This document shows, in pieces, positions 1 to 15,574 of a stretch of 64,000 nt of DNA (position 1 is its first letter; every line of letters begins with the position of its first letter). The DNA is from the human T2T-CHM13v2.0 reference genome, Homo sapiens: assembly GCF_009914755.1 (NCBI RefSeq), contig NC_060931.1; one strand, given 5' to 3'. The position numbers and the translations under genes were made by a program. The notes under the pieces are model-generated. The model was not told the origin of the DNA and made no database searches. It worked only from the letters and a program-made list of their open reading frames with translations.

Positions 1-157
1 TATGCACGGACCTCCATGGTTGCAGGAGTTGCCTAGCAGGCGAGAATTCCTCTGGTGACTCGATTTTGGAGAGCCAAGCCAGGGCCCACTCCTTTAGCCA
101 ACCCATGGCTCCCCAATCAAATCATTCCTTCCTGCTCAAAATACTTAGAGTGCTCTA

Positions 158-560
<403 letters not shown>

Positions 561-669
561 CAGTGACCAGGAAAACCCATTTGTTTGGAAATTAAATTAA
601 GAAACACAATTCTAAATAAATCATTGGTCAAAGATAACAACGTAATGTAAATTAGAAAATACCAACAAA

Positions 670-1001
<332 letters not shown>

Positions 1002-1057
1002 TTACTTGTGTACTAAAGCTAGAACAACTTAGAAAATAACAACTTAAGATGCTACCA

Positions 1058-1249
1058 CAGCGTGGGCAATATAGCAAGGCCCTGTCTGAAAAAAGCCAAA
1101 ACACATTAGCCAGGTGTGGTGGTACATACCTGTAATCCTATCTATTTGGGAGGCTGAGACAGGATAGCTTGAGCCCAGCAATTTGAGGCTGCAGTGAGCT
1201 ATGATCGGGCCACTGCACTCTAACCTGGGTGACAGAGCAAGGTCCTATC

Positions 1250-1281
<32 letters not shown>
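1058..1281 (+). mobile_element. 5'-truncated Alu (AluJ-like)
   Basis: End of left arm, right arm, long poly-A. Confidence 0.85.
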
Positions 1282-1285
<4 letters not shown>

Positions 1286-1399
1286 TATTTTAGAAAATAA
1301 TTTTGTTGAAAAATGATAAACTAAGCACTCACCTTTAAAAATTAGAGAAACAACTGCTTAAACCCAAAACAGAAAATAATACAGAAATCAATTATTAAA

Positions 1400-1950
1400 A
1401 TAAAATCAAGTAAAGCCACTTAGAAAAACAGTTTGGCAGTTCTTCAAAAAGTTAAAACAGTTTGCATTCCAGCAATTCCACTCTAGTTATATACCCCAAA
1501 AAGTAAAAACATATGTCCACACAAAAACCTGTACATGAATGTTCATAGCAACACTATTCACAAATAGCCCAAACAACCTAAATGTCCATCAACAGATGAA
1601 TGGATTTAAAAATATATGGTCTATATGTACAATGGAATGTGATTCAGCCATCAAAATGAAGTACTGGCACATGCTACAACACAGATGAACTGAGAACACG
1701 ATGCTAGGTGAAATGAGCCAGCCACAGAAGACCACATATTGTGATTCCATTTACAGAAAACATCCAGAGCAGGTCAAGAACAGACAAAACTAATTTGTGT
1801 TGATAGGAATCAAAACAGTGGGTAATCTGGGGAGGCAGAAAGTACTGCCTGAAGAAGGGCATATCAGAGCCTCCTGTGATGTTGCACATGGCTATTTCAA
1901 TTTAGGCAGTAGATGCACAAGGGTGTGTGTACATGACTACATGGAAAATA
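1400..1950 (+). mobile_element. Old L1 (L1M) 3' end fragment
   Basis: gaaaaacagtttggcagttcttcaaaaagtt...aatgtccatcaacagatgaatgga L1M motifs. Confidence 0.8.
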
Positions 1951-2309
1951 GCTTGAGTTCTAGGTACGCTCAACATTTGGGCGCTTTACTTATTGCCCTT
2001 AAAAGCCTATGTCTGAAAAACTGATCCCTTTTAATCCTTAACAGAAGAAGGGAAGAATTTCCTGAAAAAGACACTGAAATAGCATTCTAAGAACATGCCA
2101 AACACTAACAGAACCAATGCTAACTGCCCTAGGATGACTTCAGGACAATCCAGTCTAAGGTACAAACATGAGTCAGGTGGCCTCACTGCCACCTCTACCT
2201 TATATCCTGTGGCTCTAAGATACAAAGCATCAAGTAAAGGTCAAATCCCAGCAGCGTTTTAAGGGACAACGGGGGAGACGATTTTTTTCGTTTTAGAGAG
2301 ACTACTAAC

Positions 2310-2803
<494 letters not shown>

Positions 2804-2807
2804 GCTA

Positions 2808-3371
<564 letters not shown>

Positions 3372-3460
3372 TTAATAACTGTTCTATAGGATGATACTTT
3401 TGAGCACTACTGTTCTTATTCTTCCAAGACTCCTTCTACCTTAGGTATATATATCTATCT

Positions 3461-3496
3461 ATTGCTTCTCAGACTTTTGGCTAAGATCAAGTGTAG
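3461..3496 (+). pseudogene. U2 snRNA 5' fragment retrocopy (3'-truncated)
   Basis: attgcttctcagacttttggctaagatcaagtgtag matches U2 nt 1-36 (ATCGCTTCTCGGCCTTTTGGCTAAGATCAAGTGTAG) with 3 mismatches; 18-bp direct repeats taggtatatatatctatc (3442-3459) and taggtatacacatctatc (3494-3511). Confidence 0.92.
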
Positions 3497-3916
3497 GTAT
3501 ACACATCTATCACTGGATAAGGTAGGTAAGAATTTTTGTACACTACAAAGACGACAGATAAACTTAGCAATAAACTAGCAATCAGGGCAGTCATTGCAAG
3601 ATTTTTAAATAACTGCTTTGTATTTACATGGTGTTACATGTAAAACTAACAAACATGGTGTTACAACCCTACCCAAATCAGCCTTTTGGACTCATATATA
3701 AACATCCTCTTGACAACAAACATGCCAACCCACAATTGCTGCTCTACAAGCAATGGAAGAATCACTGTAGTGGCATGTGTCTTACCAAATGCAGTAGTCA
3801 AGGACAGTTTATTCCCCAGTTCCATACAGCAAAACTAAACCTAAGGGCCAAGGACATAGCCAGCTCCTTGGGAACCTTGGCAAAAGTACTTCATTCCAAT
3901 CATTCATTCTAGCTCA

Positions 3917-4204
3917 TTTTCTTTTCTTTTTTTTGAGAGGTGCGGCAGGATCTCACTGTCACCCAGGTTGGGGGGCAATGGCCCAATCATAGTTCACCAC
4001 AGCCTCCAACTCCTGGACTCAGGCAATCACCCTGCCTCAGCCTCCCAAGTATCTGGGACTACAGGAGCCTGCTATCATATCCAACTATTTTTTATTTTTG
4101 TAGAGATGGGGTCTTGCTATGCTGCCCAGGCTGGTCTGAAGCGATCCTCCCTCCTCAGCCTCCCAAGGTGTTGGGATTACAGGTGTGGGTCACCACGCCT
4201 GGCC
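3917..4204 (-). mobile_element. Alu (AluJ-like)
   Basis: Diverged antisense dimer. Confidence 0.85.
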
Positions 4205-4223
4205 TAGAGTTCATTTTCTGTAG

Positions 4224-4411
4224 CAGTTTTTTATAACATGGTCTAAAGATCTTCTCCATCAGAAACACTTGGAGGTAATTGTCTAAAATAGAGTTCCTAG
4301 ACCCTATCCCAAACCTACCAAATCAGAACCTCTGGGTATGAAGCCCAGGGCTCTGAATTTTAACAAGCTTCCCAAATGACTTTGTTGAACAGGGAAATTT
4401 GAGAAGCACTG
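4224..4411. mobile_element. MER5-type hAT-Charlie MITE
   Basis: aaatcagaacctctggg...aattttaacaagcttccc...tttgagaagcactg. Confidence 0.75.
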
Positions 4412-4464
4412 CTAAAATACAGCACTGAATAGATAAGTCCTTAAATCATGAATGCAACAGATAG

Positions 4465-4612
4465 AGAGGCAATGTGACACAGTCAATCTTGCAGCTGGAC
4501 TTGTCTCAAATGTTCTCTCTGCCACTTACTAGCTCTGCGCCTTTAGGCACAGCGTCTTTTACCTAACCGCTCTATGCCTCAGTTTCCTCATTTGTAAATG
4601 GGATACTACTAC
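4465..4612 (+). mobile_element. MIR
   Basis: tctgccacttactagct...gcctcagtttcctcatttgtaaatggg core. Confidence 0.8.
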
Positions 4613-4889
4613 TATCTCAAGCTAATCAAACTCTCTTCTTGAATATTACTAGAAATTTCAAATTAAATACTGCATCTCAAAACAAATCAAAACAAAAAAT
4701 ATTGTAAGATCTTGAACGATGAATATGTTGACCTCAGTCATGAAAAACTAGTAATAGACATTGAGACTTTCTACCCTAGCTAACTGAAAAACAGAGTAAA
4801 ATAAACAACTTCTGAGATCAAACCTGAATAAAGTTTCTTTCACAGCCAGAAGCTGTCGTTGGCGGTGCGGGGGAGCAGCTTCACAAATG

Positions 4890-4897
4890 CACGTGAC
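4890..4897 (-). promoter_or_regulatory. GTCACGTG extended E-box (USF/MiT-TFE type) in a small CpG cluster
   Basis: cacgtgac with several CpGs at 4855-4895 in unique sequence; motif match only. Confidence 0.3.
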
Positions 4898-4914
4898 TAA
4901 AAACCATTTGAGGA

Positions 4915-5662
4915 CACTTTGGAAGACAGTTTGGCAGTTTCTCTCCAAGCTCAACAGCCTTACAATACGATCCAGCAACTGCCCTCCTTGGAATTTACCC
5001 AACTGAGTTGGAAACTATGTCCACATGAAAATCTGCCATAAATATTTATAGCAGCTTTATTTATAATTGCCAAAAACTGAAGCAACCAAGATGTCCCTCA
5101 ATAGGTGACTCGATAAACTATGATGCATCCAGACAATGAAATATTATTCAGTGATAGTAAGAGATCAGCTCTCAAGCCTTGAAAAGACATAAAGGAACTT
5201 TAACTGTATATGGCTAAGTGAAAGAAGCCAATATGAAAAGGCTACATATTGTACAATTTCAACTAGATGGCATTCTGGAAAAGGCAATGCTACTGAGACA
5301 ACAGAAGGATCAGTGGTTGCCAGGGGTTCAGGGGGACACGGACAGGGATGAATAGCTGAGCACAGGGGACTCCTGGTTGGTGAAACTCTTCTGTATGATA
5401 CGGTAATGGTGGATCCATGTCATTATGCACCTGTCAGGACCCCAAGGACCCCAAAAGGAAATGCTATTGTAAACCATAAACTTCAGTTAGTAACAAGGTA
5501 TCAATATTGGTTTATCCATTGTAAGAAATGCACCACACTAATGTAAGATGTTAATAACAGAAAAACTATGTGCTGGGAGGCGGTGAGCAGATGGGAACTC
5601 TATACTGTCAGCTCGATTTTTATGTAAATCTAAATTAGTTCTAAAAACTAAAGTCTATTAAT
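4915..5662 (+). mobile_element. L1MC-type 3' end
   Basis: cactttggaagacagtttggcagtt ... aaatgcaccacactaatgtaagatgttaataa ... aaagtctatta. Confidence 0.85.
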
Positions 5663-6399
5663 AACATTTTTAAAGTAGGGATAATGACATCCAAAGCTAC
5701 CAAATAATTCTCTAAGACAACTTTGTGAAAGTCATCTCTGACAATTTAATCAACCCAAACTCCCAACAAGTCCTCTTGAAGATGCGACAGAATATGAAAG
5801 AAGATTCCTTATCAAATTTCAAATGAGTTTTCAACTACCATGTCAAGGAGACGTCACCTAAAATTTAAGATTAGATTTATCCTTTTCATTGAAGTTTTTT
5901 CAAAATCTTTGGCCTTGAGAACTTAAGTTGGGAAGATAAAAACATTTTTATAACTAATTTCCTATATCCATAGGTGGAACTTTGGCTAAAAATGCGTGAA
6001 ATCTAAGACAGAGTTCATGCTGCTGGTGTCCCCAAAAGAAACCCCCAGTGCTTGTCAGTCATTTTTTTCCAAACCATTTCATTAACTCTGATGGATTCTG
6101 ACACAACTTCACACATCATCTTGAGTAGTGGTGCCAGGCTTAGGAAAGCAGTATTTTTTCCTCCTCAGCATCTTTAACTAAGTGTCTTCCAAGAAAACAG
6201 TTGGGCATATTGCCTTCACTGATAAGAGTTGTTACACTTAAAATGCTTCAAACAGCACCAAAAAGCAGGGTGAGGATTAATCTTTTGTAAAACCTGAAGT
6301 ATTCTATTTGATATTTGATCACAAAATGGAGAAATCGATATTCCGGAATTTTTTCTCAATTTCCTTTCCAAGTGAAGTTTTGGCAGTACTCATGAAAAT

Positions 6400-6705
6400 A
6401 TAAATCAAATCATGTCTCTTCCCTGCTTAAAACACATATGACTTCCCGCTGGGTTCAGAACAAAATCCGAGTTCCTCACCTGAGCCTATAGTGCCCTCCC
6501 TGATCCGACCCCATCTGCCACTGGGGCACCATCCCCTCCTGTGAACCACTCTCCTGAGCACCTGGCTGGCTCCAGCTCCCTCCAGCTCCCTTGCTCAAAG
6601 CAGGCCCTCCCTGATCACCCTGTCTAAAGGACAGACTCTCAGCTCCCTGCACAATCGCTTTCTATCAGACATGGCTGTTGTATTTCTTTCATAGCACTTT
6701 TTACC
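6400..6705 (+). mobile_element. L2 fragment
   Basis: aatcatgtctcttccctgcttaaaac...ccctccctgatcaccctgtctaaa. Confidence 0.65.
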
Positions 6706-6883
6706 CAGAGTGTTTTGGAAGCAGAACAGAATGATGGCTGAATGCACGTTTTGTGGAGCCACACTGCGGAGCCTGACTCCTGGCTCTACCACTTCATTAG
6801 CTGTGCAAGACCGGACACCTGTGCTTTGCTTTTCTCATTTCAAAAACTTTAAAATTTTTAATTGTGGTAAAACGCATAACACA

Positions 6884-7009
6884 GCTGGGCACAGTGGTGC
6901 ACACCTATAGTCCTAGACTCTTAGGAGATTGAGGCAGAAGGATCATCTGAGCTCAGGAGTTCAAATCCCAAAGTGCTGGGATTACAGGAGTAAGCCACGG
7001 TGCCTGGCC
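6884..7009. mobile_element. Fused inverted Alu 5' fragments
   Basis: + strand left-arm start (6884-6965) directly joined to - strand left-arm start (6966-7009). Confidence 0.85.
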
Positions 7010-7093
7010 TAAATATATTCTTTTATTTTTAAATGTACAATTAAATTATTATTGACTATAGTTACCCTGTTGTGCTATCAAATATTAGGTCTT

Positions 7094-7392
7094 GGCTGGG
7101 CACGGTGGCTCATGCCTGTAATCCTAGCACTTTGGGAGGCTGAGGCGGGTGGACCACTGTGGCCCAGAGTTTGAGACAAGCCTGGCCAAAATGTCTCTAC
7201 TAAAAATACAAAAATTAGTCAGGTGTGGTGGCTTGCACTTGTCATCCCAGCTACTCAGGAGGCTGAGGCACAACAATCACTTGAACCCAGGAGGTGAAGG
7301 TTGCAGTGAGCTGAGATTGTGCCACTGCACTCCAGCCTGGGCGACAGAGTGAGACGCTGTCTCAAAAATAAATAAATAAATAAATAAAAAAT
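7094..7392 (+). mobile_element. Alu (AluS-like)
   Basis: Dimer with (AAAT)n tail. Confidence 0.9.
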
Positions 7393-7521
7393 ACTAGGGT
7401 CTTATTCATTCTTTCTAACTAATTTTTTGTGCCCATTAACCATCCTTATCTCCCCTTTACCCTTCCCAGCCTCTGGTAACCATCCTTCTACTCTCTATCT
7501 CCATGAGTTCAATTTCAACCA

Positions 7522-7669
7522 TTTTTTTTGAAGCAAGGTCTCCCGATGTTTCCCACACTGGAGTATGGTGGTCAATAATGACTCAGCAGTCTTGAACTCC
7601 AGGGCTCATGCAGTCATTCTGCCTTTGCCTCCCAAGTAATGGCTACACGCATGTGCCACCAGGCCTGGC
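7522..7669 (-). mobile_element. Old Alu monomer fragment
   Basis: Diverged antisense arm with T tail. Confidence 0.65.
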
Positions 7670-8016
7670 ATCCATTTTTTCTTACGTGTCCAGTTCAGTA
7701 CTGTTAAGTATATTCACACTGTTTTGCAACCATCATCACTATCCATCTCTAGAACTTTTTCATCTTGTAAAACTCTGTACCCATTAAATACTAACTCCCC
7801 AATTCTCCCTTTCCCCATCCCCAGGCACCCACCATTCTACTTTGTCTCTATGAATTCAACTACTCAGGTACCTCACATAAGTAGAATCACACAGTATGTG
7901 TCTTGTGACTGGCTTATTTCACCTGGCATAAATATAAAAAAAAAGTTCTCAAGGTTCACCCATGTTGTGGCATGTGACAGAGTTTCCTTTTTTAAAAACA
8001 TTTTCAATTTTTTTTT

Positions 8017-8118
8017 AAAGATTAGTCAAATGCAGTAGTGAGAAGGGAGGAAAGAGTAGAATAAGGAGTTAGACCTGTAACTGAACAATCGATATAACTC
8101 ACTACCTTCGGACCAGCC
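8017..8118 (-). pseudogene. Y1 RNA (RNY1-derived) retropseudogene
   Basis: Reverse complement reads GGCTGGTCCGAAGGTAGTGAGTTAT...CAGTTACAG...AACTCCTT.TTCTACTCTTTCC.CCCTTCTCACTACTGCA.TTGACTA.TCTTT, i.e. hY1; A-rich tail at about 8001-8016. Confidence 0.93.
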
Positions 8119-8429
8119 TTCCTTCCTTTGTAAGGCTGAGTAATATTCCATTGTATGGAGAGACCACATTTTGCTTATCCATTCATCTGGCCATGAACAC
8201 TCTGATGGCTTCAGCTCTTGCCCATTGTGAAGGGCACTGGGGCAGTGCGATTTCTAATTTTTGGAGGAATCTCCACACTGTTTTCTACAGCAGCTGCACC
8301 ATTTTACGTTCCCACCAACAGTGCACAAGGTTTCCAATTTTCCACACAGTCATCTCATCTTTAATAGGGATAACAGTAACTACTGCACCTAGAAGTGCCA
8401 TGTATTAATACTATTAGTAGCATCCCGCT

Positions 8430-8575
8430 GACTTATTGTTTAGTTTATGTCTCCTCCTATAAGAATGTCAACTCCCAAGGACAGGGTTCTTCCTTGTCTG
8501 GTTCATTATTAAATTCCCAGCACCAAGAACCGTGACTAGCACATAGTGGGAACTCAGAGATATCTGCTGAATTAT
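8430..8575 (+). mobile_element. L2 3' end
   Basis: agaatgtcaactcccaaggacaggg...cacatagtgggaactcagagatatctgctgaat. Confidence 0.75.
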
Positions 8576-9524
8576 CAGACTACTCAGAACACAGGCTTTT
8601 CACAAAAGGTGCTCCAGAGATGAGATGTATGTTTATTAGCTCTTTGCAATTAAAAGAGCTATTTCATTCATTTTCACGGTCTTCGTGAATTCCTGAAAAT
8701 ATATCCCAGCACTATCCGTTGTTGCATGGTATAGAAAAGAGTTTGGGGAAAGGAGGAACCTCCAACACCATTTTAGGAAGATTTCCACAATTTTGTGTCA
8801 ATCTTAAAGTCAAGAGGGCTTTAATAACGTTGGTGCCTATCTACAACAACGACGGCTCTGATTCCATTCTTTGCAATACAATCTCAATCCCAGTAAAGTG
8901 TCCCCATGGTTTTTTGTTTGTTTGTTTGTTTGGTTTTGTTTTGCCGTTGTCTTTAATTACCCAATTTGAAAAATTTAATCTCCTTGGCCTTCAACCCCCA
9001 GGGGCCTTGAGAACCAATGGTCTAGGGAAGCACAGTTCCTAAGTGTGACTATCTCACAGCTTTGGTGCTCTCTTCGGGTGTCTGAAGACACAATCTCATG
9101 CACTTTCCTAGATTCCTCAGTTAATTCAAGATTACACCCAAGCAGAAGATTAACACTGTTCCTTGGAAGCCAGCAAGGCAGGAACCCATCACAGGGGCCC
9201 AGCCCAGAAGACAGCCCATTCTGTCTGGATGTTCTCTCTGCCCACCAGGAGAACTTGGCTCCATGAAGTTTCAGTGCTTCTCAGCCACATAACGCATCAG
9301 AGCACAGGAGTTATTCTCAGCATCCTTTTAGGAAGGCTCATGGAGTGCAGGGAAAGCAGTGTCACAGACTCCCCTGACCTTGTAAGAGGAACTAGAGCTT
9401 CTCAGAAGACATATTTTGATTCAAAGTTTTTATAGGGCCCATCTTGGACCACACAAATAAGAGAAAAACAGGTCCAAAAGTTAAAGTACACTGACACCTC
9501 CAGCTCTGAAATGTCTAAAAAGTA

Positions 9525-9700
9525 AGATGGATGGATGGATCGATGAGAGACGGATAAACGGCCATGTGATAAAGCACACACAGTGAAAGGTTAATCGTGG
9601 AGCCTAGGTGGGGGGTTTACACCTAAGCCACTGTATAGCCTTTCAACGTTTTTGTGTACTTGAAATTTTTCATACTAAAATGTTGAAAAGTATTTTGAAA
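9525..9700 (+). mobile_element. L1MC/ME 3' end fragment
   Basis: tttcaacgtttttgtgtacttgaaatttttcatactaaaatgttg. Confidence 0.6.
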
Positions 9701-10686
9701 ATTCAAAACATAAGAAATAAATTTTAAAAGCCTTGACTATTAGAGAACTCTACAGATTTCTAAATGATTTTAATGGCATTTTCCCTTAATTTTGTGTATA
9801 AGGAATGCTTTAAAAATTACTACTTTTATTTTCTCTTCAAATATTACTAAGTATTCCTAAATAACCTACAGCATCTGGCTCTTCAAAACCATACAAACTG
9901 GTGCTTTTTCCAAAGAGAAGTGTCATTTTCAGCCCTGGAGTTCCCCACTATGAGAGCTGGTACCTAAGAGGGCCACATTCCACCTGGCCTAGGAATGACC
10001 TCAGAACAAAACAAACTGAGCATACTCTCACCAAACCATACAAAACAAAATTTTTAATAAGCAAAAATAACTTGCTAGTTCAAGAGACAAGTAGAGCCTG
10101 TAAGATGTGTTGTTTCCTTCTCATCTAACCTAAAGGACACATGCGATTGACAAGATTTCCCACGGTAATATCAAAGTACCAACTATGATAAAAACTGATG
10201 CCAAAGCGAATATTCGCTCTGTGAAAGGCTGTGGCTCCTCGCAACCACAGGCAAAGAGCTGCCTAGTCATACTCTTAGTATAGAGACAATAGTATTTTCT
10301 TATCTTGATTTTGATTGGCTTGAAAAAAAAGAGTAAGGTTATTTTGGTAAATTTTTAAAAAGACAAAAATTTAAACAGAACCCACCTTACACAAAACTAC
10401 AGAGTTATTTGTGTGTGAAGAAAATGGGATAGGATGCCCTCTCTTCCTCTGAGAATTCTGTTACTTCAAGTGTTCTGAAAGAGTACTGGTTGGATTTTAA
10501 AACGCCACTCCACAACATGGAGCACATGAGAGTTGACAAGGAAAATCGCAGCTGAGTAACACCAGAAAGTTCTTCCTGATTATTCCCCCTGCTCTAGTGA
10601 CCCAAGAGCAGAAGATGCTCCACGGTTCAGGGGCACTTGATAGTCCCAAAACGTACAGATAATTTCCCTAAAGACAAATGAGGACA

Positions 10687-11086
<400 letters not shown>

Positions 11087-11834
11087 CTAAACAAACTTGA
11101 AACAGGATAAACCCAGAGACCTATGCCAAGACACATGATACACATTCTTCTGAAAGAGAAAAATGTTTGAAACCAACCAGGGAAAATAACACCTTACCTA
11201 TAGAGGAGAAAGATAATTCAAATGACAATGGGCTTCTCATCAAAACCACAATGGCCAGAGGAAGTAGCAAAACATTCTTCAAGTGAAGAAAGAACTGTCA
11301 ACCCTGAATTCTATATCTGGTGAAGTTATCCTTTGGGAATGAAAGGGAAATTGAGACATTCTTAAATAAAGGAAAACGAAAACAACTTGTCACCAGTAGA
11401 CCTACCCTAAAAGAATGGCTAGCGGGAGTTCTCTAACTAGAAGGGAAATGATCAAAGAAGTCATCTTGAAATATTAGAAAACAATAACAAAAGAAACAGT
11501 AAAAATATGTGTAAGTATAAAAAACTTTCCTTCTCCTCTTGGGTTTTCTCAATCACGTTTCACGGTTGAGGCAAAAACTAACACCATCTGATGTAGTTCT
11601 CAATATATATGGAAGAAATATGTAAGATTACAAATTGGAGACAGTGAGGGACACAGAGGGAGGTAAGGGTTCTACATTTCATTTGAACTGGTAAAGTGAC
11701 ACCCCCAGTAGATGGTAATTATATAAAAATATATATTACTTATTATACATACATATATACATATATGCAAACATACACCTAGAGCAACCATTTAAAAAGC
11801 TATACAAAGAGATATACTCAATCAAAAACATAGA

Positions 11835-12186
<352 letters not shown>

Positions 12187-12294
12187 CTAAAAAATCTTCA
12201 AGTAACTCACAGGAAAAAGAAAACAAAAAGCTGAACAGGAAAAAAAAAAAAAAAAGAAATGGCAGACTTAAGCCCTAATATAATCGATAATGAC

Positions 12295-12630
<336 letters not shown>

Positions 12631-13143
12631 TAAATATTAAAAGATTGGCAGAGTAGAATTTAAAAATTATACATGACCCACCTAGATGCTGTCTACAAAA
12701 AACTCACTTCAAATACACGTATTTTATATTCGAATATATTGGCTGAAGTAAAAGGATGAAAAAGATATCATGCAAACATTAATAAAAAGAAAGCAGGTGT
12801 GGCTATATTAATAAAACAGCTACAGTAAACTTCAGAGCAAAGAAAACTACCAGAGACAGATACTATATAATGATCCATCAAAAAGACATAGCAATTCTAA
12901 ATGTATATGCACCAAACAAAGCTGCAAAATATGTGATTCCAGCAACAACAGAGCTGAGAGATATCAACAATTATAGTCAGAGAATTCAATGCCTTTCTCT
13001 CTTGTTAATAATTAATGAACCAAAGAATCAGCAAGTATAGAGAAGAACTCACCACCACCATCAACCAACAAAGTCTCAGAAAGATTATAGAACACTCCCA
13101 CCAACAGCATAATATTCATGTTTTTCAAGACCCCACAGAAAAT

Positions 13144-13946
13144 TGTAGTAGGCTGAATCATTGACCCCCAAAGATATCCAGGTCCTAATCTCTAGAACTT
13201 GTGAATGTTAACTTACATGACAAAAGGAACTCTGCAAATAGAATTAAGAATTTTAGATTAAAAAAAAAATAGATGGAGAGCGAGGCATGGTGGCTCATGC
13301 CTGTAATCCCAACACTTTGGAAGGCCGAGGTGGGCAGATCACTTGAGCTCTGGAGTTCAAGTCCAGCCTGGGCAACATGACAAAACCTCATCTCTATGAA
13401 AAATACAAAAATTAGCCAGGTATGGTGGTGTGCACCTGTAGTTCCAGCTATTCAGGAGGCTGAGGTGGGAGACTTGAGCCGGGGAGGTGGGAGGTTGCAG
13501 TGAGCCGAGATCACACCACACTCCAGCCTGGGCAACAGAGCCAGACCCTATCTCAAAAAGAAAAGAAAAAGCATCTTCAATGGAGATGATTATCCTGGAT
13601 TATCCAGGGGATCTAAATGCAATAAAAAATGTCCATATAAGAAGAAAGCACAGGAGATGTGACACAGAAGAAGGCAACGTGATGACTGAAGCAGGATGCC
13701 AGGCTGCTGGGTTTGAAGATGGAGAGAGGGGTCATGGACAAGGAAATGCAGCTCTAGATGCTGGGAAAGGGAAGAAAATGCATTCTCTCCTCCAGATGGA
13801 GCACGGCCCATTGGACACCTTCATTTTGGCCCAGTGAAGCTGATTTCAGACTTCTTACTTCTAGAACAGTACAAGAATAAATGTGTGCTATTTTAAGGCA
13901 CAAAATGTGTGGTAACTTATTACAACAGCCTCGGGAAACAAATACA
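13144..13946 (+). mobile_element. MLT1D-like MaLR LTR (split by an Alu)
   Basis: tgtagtaggctgaatcattgacccccaaagatatccaggtcctaatc ... gtggtaacttattacaacagcc...aaataca. Confidence 0.8.
13279..13570 (+). mobile_element. Alu
   Basis: Dimer inside the LTR. Confidence 0.88.
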
Positions 13947-15135
<1,189 letters not shown>

Positions 15136-15395
15136 GACTCATTCCTATCAAATTTCCAGTAAGTTTTTTTTTAAGAGATAGCAAAGACCATTCTCAAATT
15201 TATAATGGCAAGTCAAAGGAATCAGAATAGCTGGAACAATTTTGAAAAAAAGACAAATTGGAGGAATTATTCTCCTCAATTTCAAGGCTTACATAACTAT
15301 ATTATTCAAGACTGTGGTGTTGGCAGAGGGATAGACACACAGATGAATGGAACAGAAGAGAGAACTCAGAAGAGCCCACACTCAGAGCCAAGTGA

Positions 15396-15574
15396 CTGGG
15401 ACTACAGGCATGCACCACCACACCCAGCTAATTTTTGTATTTTTTTTTTGGTAGAGACGGGGTTTCACCATGTTTGAGACCACAGTCTGGTCTCAAACTC
15501 CTGACCTCAAGTGATCTGCCCGCCTCGGCCTCCCAAAGTGCTGGGATTACAGGGGTGAGCCACCGCGCCTGGCC
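15396..15574 (-). mobile_element. 3'-truncated tailless Alu with direct repeats
   Basis: Left arm plus start of right arm; agccaagtga at 15386-15395 and 15576-15585. Confidence 0.88.

Larger units (their letters stand above)
7010..8345 (-). mobile_element. L1M 3' fragments interrupted by Alus and a Y RNA
   Basis: ctctggtaaccatccttctactctctatctccatgagttcaa; ctccacactgttttctacagcagctgcaccattttacgttcccaccaacag. Confidence 0.8.

Noticed and set aside
3780-3845. Strong minus donor TG|gtaaga near 3785
   Set aside because: Only a moderate acceptor and no coding support; isolated donors are common
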